Both the position numbers and the translations under genes were made by a program. This document shows positions 1 through 7,337 of a DNA stretch of 10,491 nt, in pieces. Location of the stretch: the IMG/VR virus record IMGVR_UViG_2690316028_000010. One strand, written 5' to 3'. The stretch comes from a virus. Its lineage: Duplodnaviria; Heunggongvirae; Uroviricota; Caudoviricetes. The notes under the pieces are model-generated. The model was not told where the DNA came from and searched no databases. It saw nothing but the letters and a program-made list of their open reading frames with translations. How positions within the stretch are numbered: position 1 is the first letter of the stretch; every line of letters begins with the position of its first letter.

Positions 1-780
1 TTATGGCCTTGTATTTCCTTTTCTTAACTTCTTTTCGCTCTTTTTTACAAGCTTAATTAACCACTCTGGCTCATCCGACAGTTCGGAGTAATAGCAGTAT
101 TCTGGTATTGCTTTCCAAAATGTTGTTATTGCATCAGCAAATTCAACAAACTGTTCTTCTGTTACATGCAGATCATCATGAGTAGGATTGATATGTCTGC
201 CGCATATACCAGTAGGATGAGGGTAATATTCTGGATGAGTTGATGATAGGAGGCGGTGAGAATTTCCATCACCATGTTTGTACACATTTACGACTAATGC
301 GCACGCTTTGAGCTTATCGCCATAATCAGTTTCATCTATCTTGAGACCGATCCACTCGAGCAGTTTCAACAGTTGATCAAAATTTAAATCCCAAACCATT
401 GGTGTAATGATCTCTTTATCACACCAATGAGACAATTCTCTGATCGTTTTTTCTCGTAACTTTTTATCGAACTGGTGATACATACCCGCAGTTACTGCCA
501 AAAGAACAGTTTCTTGCATTTCAATAAGTGACCAGACGTAGTTTACACCCTCCTCATATGCTTGCTCATAGGCTGCCATTGGGTCGTCAAAATCAGGATT
601 GAAATGCTCAGCGGTATACTCCAGAAACTGTTTCTCTCGCTCCTCCGCCTCTTGGGTCAGATCCCCAAACTGAGACAAAAGTCTCCGTCTTGCTTCCGAA
701 ACATAAAATTCGTGAGGTTCAAGAAAATAGGGCCGATCTACTTTAGCAAGCCAAAATGTCACGAAGTTATCTGATGACAT
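1..780 (-). CDS. hypothetical protein, 259 aa (AT-rich accessory gene, family not recognised)
   Basis: Complete ORF on the complement with ATG at 780-778 and TAA at 3-1. An AAGGA Shine-Dalgarno-like motif (complement of 787-791) lies 6 nt upstream. The composition looks like a real soluble protein, and the antisense ORF 562-774 looks like a shadow. No domain recognised by eye. Confidence 0.75.
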   Translation of the reverse strand: MSSDNFVTFWLAKVDRPYFLEPHEFYVSEARRRLLSQFGDLTQEAEEREKQFLEYTAEHFNPDFDDPMAAYEQAYEEGVNYVWSLIEMQETVLLAVTAGMYHQFDKKLREKTIRELSHWCDKEIITPMVWDLNFDQLLKLLEWIGLKIDETDYGDKLKACALVVNVYKHGDGNSHRLLSSTHPEYYPHPTGICGRHINPTHDDLHVTEEQFVEFADAITTFWKAIPEYCYYSELSDEPEWLIKLVKKSEKKLRKGNTRP

Positions 781-798
781 AACTTATCCTTGATAATT

Positions 799-819
799 AT
801 TGTATGGATAGATTATCCA
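799..819 (-). promoter_or_regulatory. candidate -10 element plus adjacent 6-3-6 palindrome (possible operator) upstream of the 259-aa ORF
   Basis: On the complement strand, TACAAT (complement of 799-804) is a 5/6 match to TATAAT and would give a short leader to the ATG at 780. Immediately upstream is the palindrome TGGATA-GAT-TATCCA (805-819). TTATCC recurs at 784-789. I found no convincing -35. Confidence 0.3.
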
Positions 820-924
820 GAAATTTGCGAACTGAGTCGGTCATTTTTTTTTGTGTGCGCGTGATGTAATAAAGGTTCAGGAATATACTGTCAGTTTACT
901 GAAAAACTGGCAACAGAGGCGGTT

Positions 925-1152
925 ATGAGCGAGAGTTACGAGTTCTCAGCAGGTTGTTTTTTGAAGCTATCAATATCTTCAGGGTATTTCACTATCAAAA
1001 TTCAGGGAGATCTCCCCGCTCGTGCAGCTAGTGCCATCTTGGCAGATGATGTCGAGCAGGTTTTATCTCAACTAGACAAATGTTTTCAGCTGAGTAATAG
1101 GCAACGAGAAGGGATCGTTAAGTATCTTATGTCGAAGGGGATGCAGCCTTGA
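925..1152 (+). CDS. hypothetical small protein, 75 aa
   Basis: ATG at 925 is preceded by AGAGG (915-919) with a 5-nt spacer. The TGA at 1150-1152 overlaps the ATG of the next ORF (TGATG), implying translational coupling. No family recognised. Confidence 0.6.
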   Translation: MSESYEFSAGCFLKLSISSGYFTIKIQGDLPARAASAILADDVEQVLSQLDKCFQLSNRQREGIVKYLMSKGMQP

Positions 1153-1610
1153 TGACTTGGATCACCCAAACAGATAACTGGACAGGGATCGCGGCGTGGG
1201 CGGGTTTTGCTTTGTCCGTATTTCAATTACTAAAATCCAGAACATCGCTAAGGCTTTATCTCGGATGTGATCAGCACGAGGACAGGATATACGTTTCGAA
1301 CATAAGCGCACACGATGTAACGTTGAGTGCAGCCGGTGTGGTAACAGCCAGTGGACGCCTTAGAATGTTATCCGACGAATATTCGGACGAGAACATGATC
1401 ACACCGATGCTGCCAAAAAGATTGAAAGCACGAGACGAAATGGTCTTGAACGTGCCATTCATAAATAAGGCTCATCACAACAAAGTGCATCATCGTGGCG
1501 GGGTTTATATCAAAACATCTGACGGCAAGATGTTCAGTGATGTTTGTTGGATCAAACGCCAATGGTGGTGGTTACTGTCTGTAATACTACGAGACACAAA
1601 GCGATACTAA
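1152..1610 (+). CDS. hypothetical membrane-anchored protein, 152 aa
   Basis: I prefer the ATG at 1152 to the TTG at 1149 used in the ORF track. AAGGGGA (1135-1141) lies about 10 nt upstream. There is an N-terminal hydrophobic helix (WTGIAAWAGFALSVFQLL) and a Trp-rich hydrophobic C-terminus (RQWWWLLSVIL). The antisense ORFs 1271-1462 and 1368-1562 look like shadows. Confidence 0.65.
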   Translation: MTWITQTDNWTGIAAWAGFALSVFQLLKSRTSLRLYLGCDQHEDRIYVSNISAHDVTLSAAGVVTASGRLRMLSDEYSDENMITPMLPKRLKARDEMVLNVPFINKAHHNKVHHRGGVYIKTSDGKMFSDVCWIKRQWWWLLSVILRDTKRY

Positions 1611-1690
1611 GTTGATTGATAGTCCGAGGTGATGTTCTGCCCAGCGTAGTTGCTGGGTGATACACCTTCAATGATTCTTGTTAGTGTGTA

Positions 1691-1699
1691 GGGGGGGGG
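1691..1699 (+). repeat. G9 homopolymer directly upstream of ATG 1701
   Basis: Nine consecutive G (1691-1699), then C1700, then ATG at 1701. It is the longest G/C homopolymer I saw in the window. Confidence 0.95.
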
Positions 1700-1700
1700 C

Positions 1701-1919
1701 ATGTTGGATTTTAAAGCTGAGTTTGTTGGCGGCAGCCATAGCGGCGAGGTTATATCACCGATGTCCGAGGTAGAACTTAATAAACTAGGGTATAGAGTCC
1801 ATTTACGTGGTGCCCCCTCTGGCGATGAAATGCCTGTACACGTTGTTGTACCTATTGAATGGTCAGCGGATGAAGCACACAGAGCCATAATGCAGCGCTG
1901 GGGTAAACGCAGACGGTAG
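1701..1919 (+). CDS. hypothetical small protein, 72 aa
   Basis: ATG-initiated ORF with balanced composition. The G-run immediately upstream could serve as an SD-like element. The competing antisense ORF 1607-1930 is Ser/Pro/Thr-rich and looks non-coding. No family recognised. Confidence 0.45.
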   Translation: MLDFKAEFVGGSHSGEVISPMSEVELNKLGYRVHLRGAPSGDEMPVHVVVPIEWSADEAHRAIMQRWGKRRR

Positions 1920-2301
1920 ATGTCGCGCATTTCTCTTAAACTGGCTGCTGTGTTTGGTGCTAATTATCCATGCAAAGTGGCCTAAGCTACGTGGAAGAAT
2001 GATCAGTTTCGCATTATTTGGTTCAAGGAGGGCTCCCCCACAGCCTCACTCTCTGAATGCAAAACAGCCCCACAATCCCACTGTTAAAAGTCCCAGCTTG
2101 AAAATTGCACGCTTATGGTTGCCCCTCCCTCAACTCTATAGCTCGCCCGCGCCCCCGTGTGCATGTGCGTGCCCGCGCGTCAGGGGTCGCTGAGAAACCC
2201 TAAGATTTTGCTCATCCGAGACAAGCATTACCTGCACCTGTAAAACGCGAAATTACCTCTCAAACACCACACATAAACCCACTTTGCATTGAGATCTGAC
2301 A

Positions 2302-2649
2302 ATGACCTTACTGACACCTGAAAACGTGGCAGCGGCTAGGGCTGCCCGTAGCGCGAGGATTGAACACTGGAAAGCCAACGCCAGCCAGCTTAAGCAGGAC
2401 TTTGCTGACGAAGCGCACTGGCGGCGGCTCGCCTCACGCTTCGGCGTGCGTATGCCCTCGGCGTATGTTCCCGGCTCCGAGCTGCGATTGCTGCGCCGGG
2501 CGGCCAAACGCGCGGGCATCTCTGGTGCTGATATGCGCGATGCTTTTGGTGGGGGCGTTGCGCACCTGCACGAGCTTAATCCCCATTGGCCTGCCTTCGC
2601 GCTTATCGGCCTGATTCTTGAGATCGCGGCTGAAAAAGCTGCTGCCTGA
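2302..2649 (+). CDS. hypothetical Ala/Arg-rich protein, 115 aa, upstream of the capsid gene
   Basis: ATG-initiated ORF on the same strand as, and 68 nt upstream of, the capsid gene. It is helical-looking with a hydrophobic C-terminal segment (WPAFALIGLILEIAA). The SD is weak. Other ORFs overlap it in this GC-rich stretch (2360-2614 +, 2434-2679 -), so the frame choice is not certain. Confidence 0.55.
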   Translation: MTLLTPENVAAARAARSARIEHWKANASQLKQDFADEAHWRRLASRFGVRMPSAYVPGSELRLLRRAAKRAGISGADMRDAFGGGVAHLHELNPHWPAFALIGLILEIAAEKAAA

Positions 2650-2717
2650 TTCATCCCATTCTCTTTTCCCCTTTTCCATAAATCGCGCTGGCTAACGCTG
2701 GCGCGGGAGCTATTTCT

Positions 2718-3713
2718 ATGACTGACAATGTTTATACCCCTGACCAATTCCGCCCGCACTGGGGCGGTGTAGATGCTGACAACGACATTCACATTGAAGC
2801 GTATGACCGGGACGTTCAGACCCGCCTTGAGGCAAAGAGCGTGTTTCTCGCCGAGGGGCTGAGCACATACAAGCCGCTGAAAAACAGTAATCAGTATCGT
2901 GTAGACCGCCTGAGCGGAGATCTGGAGGTGAAGGGCAGAACCGCAGGGCAATCGCTGGAGCCTACCGCCGTTAAGTCGGACAAGCTGATTATCTCTGTGG
3001 ATACGCTGAGCTATATCCGCATCCCGATTGACTATCAAGACGACTGGACAGCGCCCACCTTTCGCGCAGAGCTGAGCCGCAACATGGGGACAGCCCATGC
3101 AAAGTTCTACGACGAAGCGCACACTATCCAGCTAATCAAAGCGACTGACTTTGTACCGCCGCCTACGTTGCAACCAACGTTTAACCCGCTGACGGATAAT
3201 GTTGTCTCGCTCGACCTGACAACGGGGAGCGAAGAGGATGCGGCTAACGAACTGGTTCACGCTATTAAAGCTGCTGTTAATCGATTCCTAACTGAAAAAG
3301 ATATTCCGGTGGCGGAGCTGTGCCTTCTCATCGACCCAGCTTGGTTCAGCATCCTGATGGAACATAAGAAGTTGATGAACGTCCGTTACAGCCGGGATAG
3401 TGGCAATGATTACGCATGGCGTCGCGTTGGCTATGTCGCTGGGGTGCGAGTTATTGAGCTGAACAGTTACCCGCAGGAAGCCATTACCGCGCATGAACTG
3501 GGCGCTGATTATGATGTGACCGCAGGGGAAGCGCTGACACGGGCGACGCTGTTCCGGCCTGCGTCTGTACTTGTGACAGTCGAAGCGCAGAGCGTTATCA
3601 ATCGCCAGTGGGATGATGAACGCGAAATGACAATGGTGATGGACTCATATCGCCTGTTCAATGTTGGGCTGCGCCGCCCTGACTGCGTTATAAATTTCCG
3701 ACAAGCTGCATAA
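2718..3713 (+). CDS. major capsid protein, HK97 fold, T7 gp10-like family, 331 aa
   Basis: GGGAG (2705-2709) lies 8 nt upstream of the ATG. Its length is close to T7 gp10A (345 aa as I recall). By-eye collinear similarity to gp10A as I recall it: DKLIISVDTLSYIRIPIDYQDDW..RAELSRNMGTAHAKFYDEA vs EKVITIDGLLTADVLIYDIEDAM..RSEYTSQLGESLAMAADGA; LCLLIDPAWFSIL vs VFYCDPDSYSAIL; GVRVIELNSYP vs GFEVVEVPHL; C-terminal GLRRPDCVINF vs GGLRPEAAGAVVF. Confidence 0.88.
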   Translation: MTDNVYTPDQFRPHWGGVDADNDIHIEAYDRDVQTRLEAKSVFLAEGLSTYKPLKNSNQYRVDRLSGDLEVKGRTAGQSLEPTAVKSDKLIISVDTLSYIRIPIDYQDDWTAPTFRAELSRNMGTAHAKFYDEAHTIQLIKATDFVPPPTLQPTFNPLTDNVVSLDLTTGSEEDAANELVHAIKAAVNRFLTEKDIPVAELCLLIDPAWFSILMEHKKLMNVRYSRDSGNDYAWRRVGYVAGVRVIELNSYPQEAITAHELGADYDVTAGEALTRATLFRPASVLVTVEAQSVINRQWDDEREMTMVMDSYRLFNVGLRRPDCVINFRQAA

Positions 3714-3729
3714 CAAAAGGGGCCGAGCC

Positions 3730-4161
3730 ATGAATATTGATGCTTATGCCCCGGAGCTGTTGCGCTCTTTGTTTCGGTACGATGCGAAGACTGGCCGCCT
3801 GTTCCATGCAGTAGACCGGATCGGAGCCAACAAGCGGATTTACGCTAAAGCCGGGGAACTGGCCGACACGGTAACGGACAGCGCCGGATATAGGCGCGTA
3901 TCTGTCCGCATCAATGGCAAATCTCATGCGCTATACGCCCACCGTGTCGCCTTCATCATTGCTAATGACGGTATCCCTGCCGGGATGCAAATCGACCATA
4001 TCAACGCGGTACGCGATGACAACCGCCTTATCAATCTCCGCACGGTTACGCCACAAGAGAACCAGCACAATTACCGCAAAGCCAAGGGTTATAGCCACCA
4101 TGCCTGCTCTGGCAGATGGGAGGCTTACATTCGCGTTGGTGATCCACCGCGCGATAAATAA
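3730..4161 (+). CDS. HNH homing endonuclease (HNH_3 type) with a truncated AP2-like C-terminal stub, 143 aa
   Basis: AAGGGG (3717-3722) lies 7 nt upstream of the ATG. It has the classic motif AHRVAFIIANDGIPAGMQIDHINAVRDDNRLINLRTVTPQENQHN (His-Asn-Asn metal finger). The C-terminus GYSHHACSGRWEAYIRVG resembles the first strands of the AP2 DNA-binding domain found in HNH-AP2 phage endonucleases, but the ORF stops 8 residues later. Confidence 0.9.
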   Translation: MNIDAYAPELLRSLFRYDAKTGRLFHAVDRIGANKRIYAKAGELADTVTDSAGYRRVSVRINGKSHALYAHRVAFIIANDGIPAGMQIDHINAVRDDNRLINLRTVTPQENQHNYRKAKGYSHHACSGRWEAYIRVGDPPRDK

Positions 4162-4200
4162 GCCGCAATCCGTGAGATAAATGGACACGGTGCGGCTTTT
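4162..4200. terminator. bidirectional intrinsic terminator between convergent HNH and tape-measure genes
   Basis: The left arm GCCGCAATCCGTG (4162-4174) pairs with the right arm CACGGTGCGGC (4186-4196), with a small internal mismatch. It is followed by TTTT (4197-4200) on the plus strand and preceded by A-rich sequence, which provides the U-run for the minus-strand transcript. It sits exactly between the two stop codons (4161 and 4228). Confidence 0.7.
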
Positions 4201-4227
4201 CAGATACTGCAAAGGAATTACAGATTA

Positions 4228-6711
4228 TCAGTCGTAAGCAACCCGGCGCTTACGGGCAAGGATAGCTTCCAGTGCTCTTTCAATCTCAGGAATGGACAGC
4301 TTAAGCGCATTGGCCACATCCGGTGCTGGTGACTTGTTCTTGCCATCAATATAGATATTGTTAATGACGTTAATCCCGCCGCCTGCGCCTGCTGGTGAAT
4401 GAGAGTCCCGGCCTCTGGGTAAGGTAAGGTCGCCGCGCATATAGCGCTCTAATACGGGGGGTACTTTCGGCACATCCGGCACCATCATATCAGCCAGCCG
4501 CGAGGAGGCTTTCAGCGCCAGTGATGCAGACTGACCAATGCCAATCGCCGCCCCTTCTGCGATATTAGACCCGAAGCCCATAAATACACGGCTTGGCGAG
4601 TGAATCCCCAGCTTTTCCTTGAACCAGCCGCCGACACTGTCACCCATCTCAGTGACGGTATTCTTGAGAGACTCCCACTTGTTTTTGATACCGTTCACCA
4701 GTCCATCAATCAAGTGACCACCAAACTCAGTAAACTGGCCGGGAAGGTCGATGTTAAACCACTTCATGACCCCCGCAAACGCCTTGTAGAACAGCCCCAG
4801 CGGCGACCAGTTCAGGATTAGCTTACTGACACCAAGAACCCCGCCGTTAAAGGCTGTTTTCACTTCCTCCCACCGCTGCGAGAACCATCGGCTTATCGCG
4901 CCCCAGTTGCGGTAAATCAGGTACGCGCCCCCGGCGATGATGGTTATCGCAATGCCTATGGGGTTCATTAACAGCGCCCTGCCAAACCAGAGGAAAGCCT
5001 TTGCCACCACCATTACGCCTCTGAACAGTCCACCCGCCAGCGCTTTACCCAGCATTCCGGCTCCCTTCGCCACGGTACTGAATCCGGTAGCCAGCCAGCG
5101 CAGCTTTCCGCCGTCGCTCAGGGCGGTTTTGAGCAACAGCCAGTTAGTGCGCAGCAGTACGGCGTTTTTCCACAACCCGGCGAACGGTGATACCAGCAGA
5201 TTCAGGCCGAGTTTCAGCCCGACAGTGGCGATTTTCAGCCCCAGCAGTACGCCCACGGTTTTTGCCACACCCTGAACAATGCCGGGATGTTGCGCTATCC
5301 ATTGCCCGGTGGAATGAATCAGCGGAATCAGTTGCTGCGTCATTGACACGAACGAGGGAGACAGTTGACTGCCAAGGGTAATGGACAGTTCGCGGGTGCT
5401 GACCATCAGTGCTTTGGTCGCCTCCAGCGGCGATTTCAGTCGCTCCGTGTAGGAGGAGGCCAGCAGGTCTTTATCCGCCGCCTTAAGTGCGCCAGCCCTG
5501 ATTTCGCGGTATTTGTCCATGTTGGCGAGCATCGGACGGACAAACGCCATGACCTGCATATCGGCGAACATCTCACCCAGACCGAAATTCTTTGCCAGTT
5601 CCTGTAACGCAAGGTCGCGGGAGTTATCGTCCTTGATTTTCATTGCTTTCTTGAAGCCTGCCAGTGCTTCCGGGCTTTTGGCCTCCAGATACCTGCCCAT
5701 GACGCTTATCATGCCCTCAATGGGCGAGACGCCAGCAGATTTATAAGCCATGAGTGACCCCTGAAGGTCAATCCCGATATCGGCAAACTGTTTCTGCGTG
5801 TCGCGGGCAAAAATCTTGGTGAGGAAGTTACGGAAGTTGTTACCAGCCTCGTCAGATGACCCGGCACCAATTCGGGCAATCTGTAAACTCGCTCCGATTT
5901 CCGCCATCGCTTCTTTACCTTCGGCAATACCGCGCATCATCGGGGCAAGAGATGGCATCCATTTCACCTGGTCAGGTATTTCAAAAGACCCTTGGTCGCC
6001 TGCAAAGGCCATGATGTTCTGTACTTTGGCAAACTCTTTAGCGCTGCCATCCATCGAGTTTTTCCAGACGGCGGCAACCTTCGCCCATTCCGTCCCTGTG
6101 GTGCGTGTGGCAGTAGCGGCGCGGGCTATATTGGGCATGAAGCTGCCAATTTCGGACACACTGTCGATATTGTCACTGATAAGCGAGCCTACGGCGTCCT
6201 GTAAGTCGCTCTGGTACTGGTTGTACTTGAGCGACCATCCCCGGATTTGCTGCCCCAGACTGGCGCGGGTTTTATCGTCATATTTCGCCGTGATCGACAT
6301 ATCAATCATCTTGTCGTCGAACGTAGCCGACTGCTGAATCGCCGGGGAAACGAGGCTGTAAGCGGCTTTGGCCTGCGCCCACGTCTCAATTCCCTGTCCA
6401 TAAAGCGCCATCCGGTTAGCTCTCAGGGCATCGGTTGTGGCAGACGCTGCCGACAGGCGGGACTGCTGGCGGTTTAGTTGCTCCAGCGTTCTGCCTACCC
6501 GTTGCAGGTCATTGTTCAGGCGTGAGGCCACGCCTGAACCTACCTGACCGTAACGCTGCATGGCGCGTGACAGGCTGCTTTGTTGCTCGGTCAGGCGGCG
6601 TGACGTGTCGCCGAGAGAATCAAGCGCCCGCCGTGTGCCGCTGACGGCGGAACGGAAGCTGCTCCCGACAATACCGCCAATCATCACACCAACAGAAAAA
6701 TTATTGCTCAT
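4228..6711 (-). CDS. phage tail tape measure protein, 827 aa
   Basis: GGAG (complement of 6718-6721) lies 6 nt upstream of the ATG. The N-terminal region is coiled-coil. A central region resembles the TP901-family tape-measure core (..ASLQIARIGAGSSDEAGNNFRNFLTKI..). A block of Gly/Ala/Leu-rich hydrophobic helices follows (GVLLGLKIATVGLKLGLNLL, IGIAITIIAGGAYLIY), then the conserved GIHSPSRVF motif. All plus-strand ORFs inside it are low-complexity shadows. Confidence 0.93.
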   Translation of the reverse strand: MSNNFSVGVMIGGIVGSSFRSAVSGTRRALDSLGDTSRRLTEQQSSLSRAMQRYGQVGSGVASRLNNDLQRVGRTLEQLNRQQSRLSAASATTDALRANRMALYGQGIETWAQAKAAYSLVSPAIQQSATFDDKMIDMSITAKYDDKTRASLGQQIRGWSLKYNQYQSDLQDAVGSLISDNIDSVSEIGSFMPNIARAATATRTTGTEWAKVAAVWKNSMDGSAKEFAKVQNIMAFAGDQGSFEIPDQVKWMPSLAPMMRGIAEGKEAMAEIGASLQIARIGAGSSDEAGNNFRNFLTKIFARDTQKQFADIGIDLQGSLMAYKSAGVSPIEGMISVMGRYLEAKSPEALAGFKKAMKIKDDNSRDLALQELAKNFGLGEMFADMQVMAFVRPMLANMDKYREIRAGALKAADKDLLASSYTERLKSPLEATKALMVSTRELSITLGSQLSPSFVSMTQQLIPLIHSTGQWIAQHPGIVQGVAKTVGVLLGLKIATVGLKLGLNLLVSPFAGLWKNAVLLRTNWLLLKTALSDGGKLRWLATGFSTVAKGAGMLGKALAGGLFRGVMVVAKAFLWFGRALLMNPIGIAITIIAGGAYLIYRNWGAISRWFSQRWEEVKTAFNGGVLGVSKLILNWSPLGLFYKAFAGVMKWFNIDLPGQFTEFGGHLIDGLVNGIKNKWESLKNTVTEMGDSVGGWFKEKLGIHSPSRVFMGFGSNIAEGAAIGIGQSASLALKASSRLADMMVPDVPKVPPVLERYMRGDLTLPRGRDSHSPAGAGGGINVINNIYIDGKNKSPAPDVANALKLSIPEIERALEAILARKRRVAYD

Positions 6712-6742
6712 GGTTCACTCCGGTTGAGTGGTTCGGTGGGCG

Positions 6743-7336
6743 TCATTCAGTCAGGGACAGGCCGCTGATTCCGGTAATCCCGGCAATTTCTTCGCTGACG
6801 GCTGCCAGTTCACTTTCAAGCCCGGTGCGTTCGCTGACCAGTGCCGCCACGGTCTTACGGCGCTCTGCCAGTGAGGGAAGTTTGTCATTACCCCACGTCA
6901 CGCTCTTATCCTTCTTAAGCGCTTCGGTCAGTCGGGTGGCGACCACATCCGGGAAGAAAAAGCAGAGCTTGCGCATTACCGCCATCCCGGTATCAGCCGG
7001 GGGGACGTTTCCTCCCAGCCCCACCAGACGGAACAGACCGGAAATATCGCCGTTCTCATTTTCCAGATTGCCCCAGCGTTCGGCGTTCCCTTCACCGCCG
7101 GAACCGTTGCAAAGAGCACGCTTGAATGACTGATATTCTTCCTGCCCGAATCGCTCAATATATTCAGGAATAAAGGAACAGTAATCATTAAGTGATAACG
7201 GCATATCCTGTAATGCGGTTATTTCGCCATTAATATCACCAATGCGACGAGAGAGCTTTTCTTTCTGCTCATTCAGGGAGGTAAGGTTATTTTTAACGGC
7301 GTTCAGTGCTTCAATGAGGGAAATAACAGGTTTCAT
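6743..7336 (-). CDS. hypothetical coiled-coil protein, 197 aa (between the gpO-like gene and the tape measure gene)
   Basis: GGAG (complement of 7345-7348) lies 8 nt upstream of the ATG. The start is coupled to the upstream stop by TAAAATG. Heptad-like N- and C-terminal segments (LTSLNEQKEKLSRRIGDINGEITALQ; GLESELAAVSEEIAGI) flank a Gly-rich middle. No family recognised. Confidence 0.8.
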   Translation of the reverse strand: MKPVISLIEALNAVKNNLTSLNEQKEKLSRRIGDINGEITALQDMPLSLNDYCSFIPEYIERFGQEEYQSFKRALCNGSGGEGNAERWGNLENENGDISGLFRLVGLGGNVPPADTGMAVMRKLCFFFPDVVATRLTEALKKDKSVTWGNDKLPSLAERRKTVAALVSERTGLESELAAVSEEIAGITGISGLSLTE

Positions 7337-7337
7337 T

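Noticed and set aside
1-780. Possible HEPN RNase motif in the 259-aa protein (ALVVNVYKHGDG resembles the RN-x3-HG core; RHINPTH fits R-x5-H)
   Set aside because: The Arg of the best-looking motif is replaced by Val, and the second match is a loose pattern with no supporting context. This is not enough to call a HEPN domain without a profile search.
562-1562. Antisense ORFs 562-774 (+), 1271-1462 (-) and 1368-1562 (-)
   Set aside because: Each lies fully inside a longer, better-supported ORF on the opposite strand and lacks translation signals.
1607-1930. 107-aa minus-strand ORF overlapping the 72-aa plus-strand ORF
   Set aside because: Its Ser/Pro/Thr-rich composition looks non-coding, and the plus-strand alternative has a more protein-like sequence. 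Neither is strongly supported.
2156-2180. Alternating pyrimidine-purine tract as a functional Z-DNA element
   Set aside because: The tract is real in the sequence, but sequence alone gives no evidence for function. It is reported only as part of the non-coding gap observation.
1954-2193. 79-aa TTG-initiated ORF in the 1920-2301 gap
   Set aside because: It has a non-ATG start, no SD, and a Pro-rich repetitive translation (PPCACACP) that arises from the alternating CG/TG tract. I treat it as non-coding.
2253-3122. 289-aa ORF on the minus strand
   Set aside because: It is antisense to the strongly supported capsid gene and the 115-aa ORF. It is Arg/Ala/Cys-rich and low in complexity, a typical shadow ORF in GC-rich DNA.
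4600-6644. Series of 64-179-aa plus-strand ORFs inside the tape measure gene
   Set aside because: All are antisense to a confidently identified 827-aa gene, are Pro/Ser/Arg-rich and have no SD motifs. They are shadows of the GC-rich coding strand.
6743-7336. 197-aa ORF as a tail assembly chaperone with programmed frameshift, given its position just upstream of the tape measure gene
   Set aside because: I found no canonical slippery heptamer; the only T-run, in CTTTTTC at codons CFFF, does not fit X XXY YYZ. It is also longer than typical chaperones and shows no recognisable similarity. The call is left as hypothetical.
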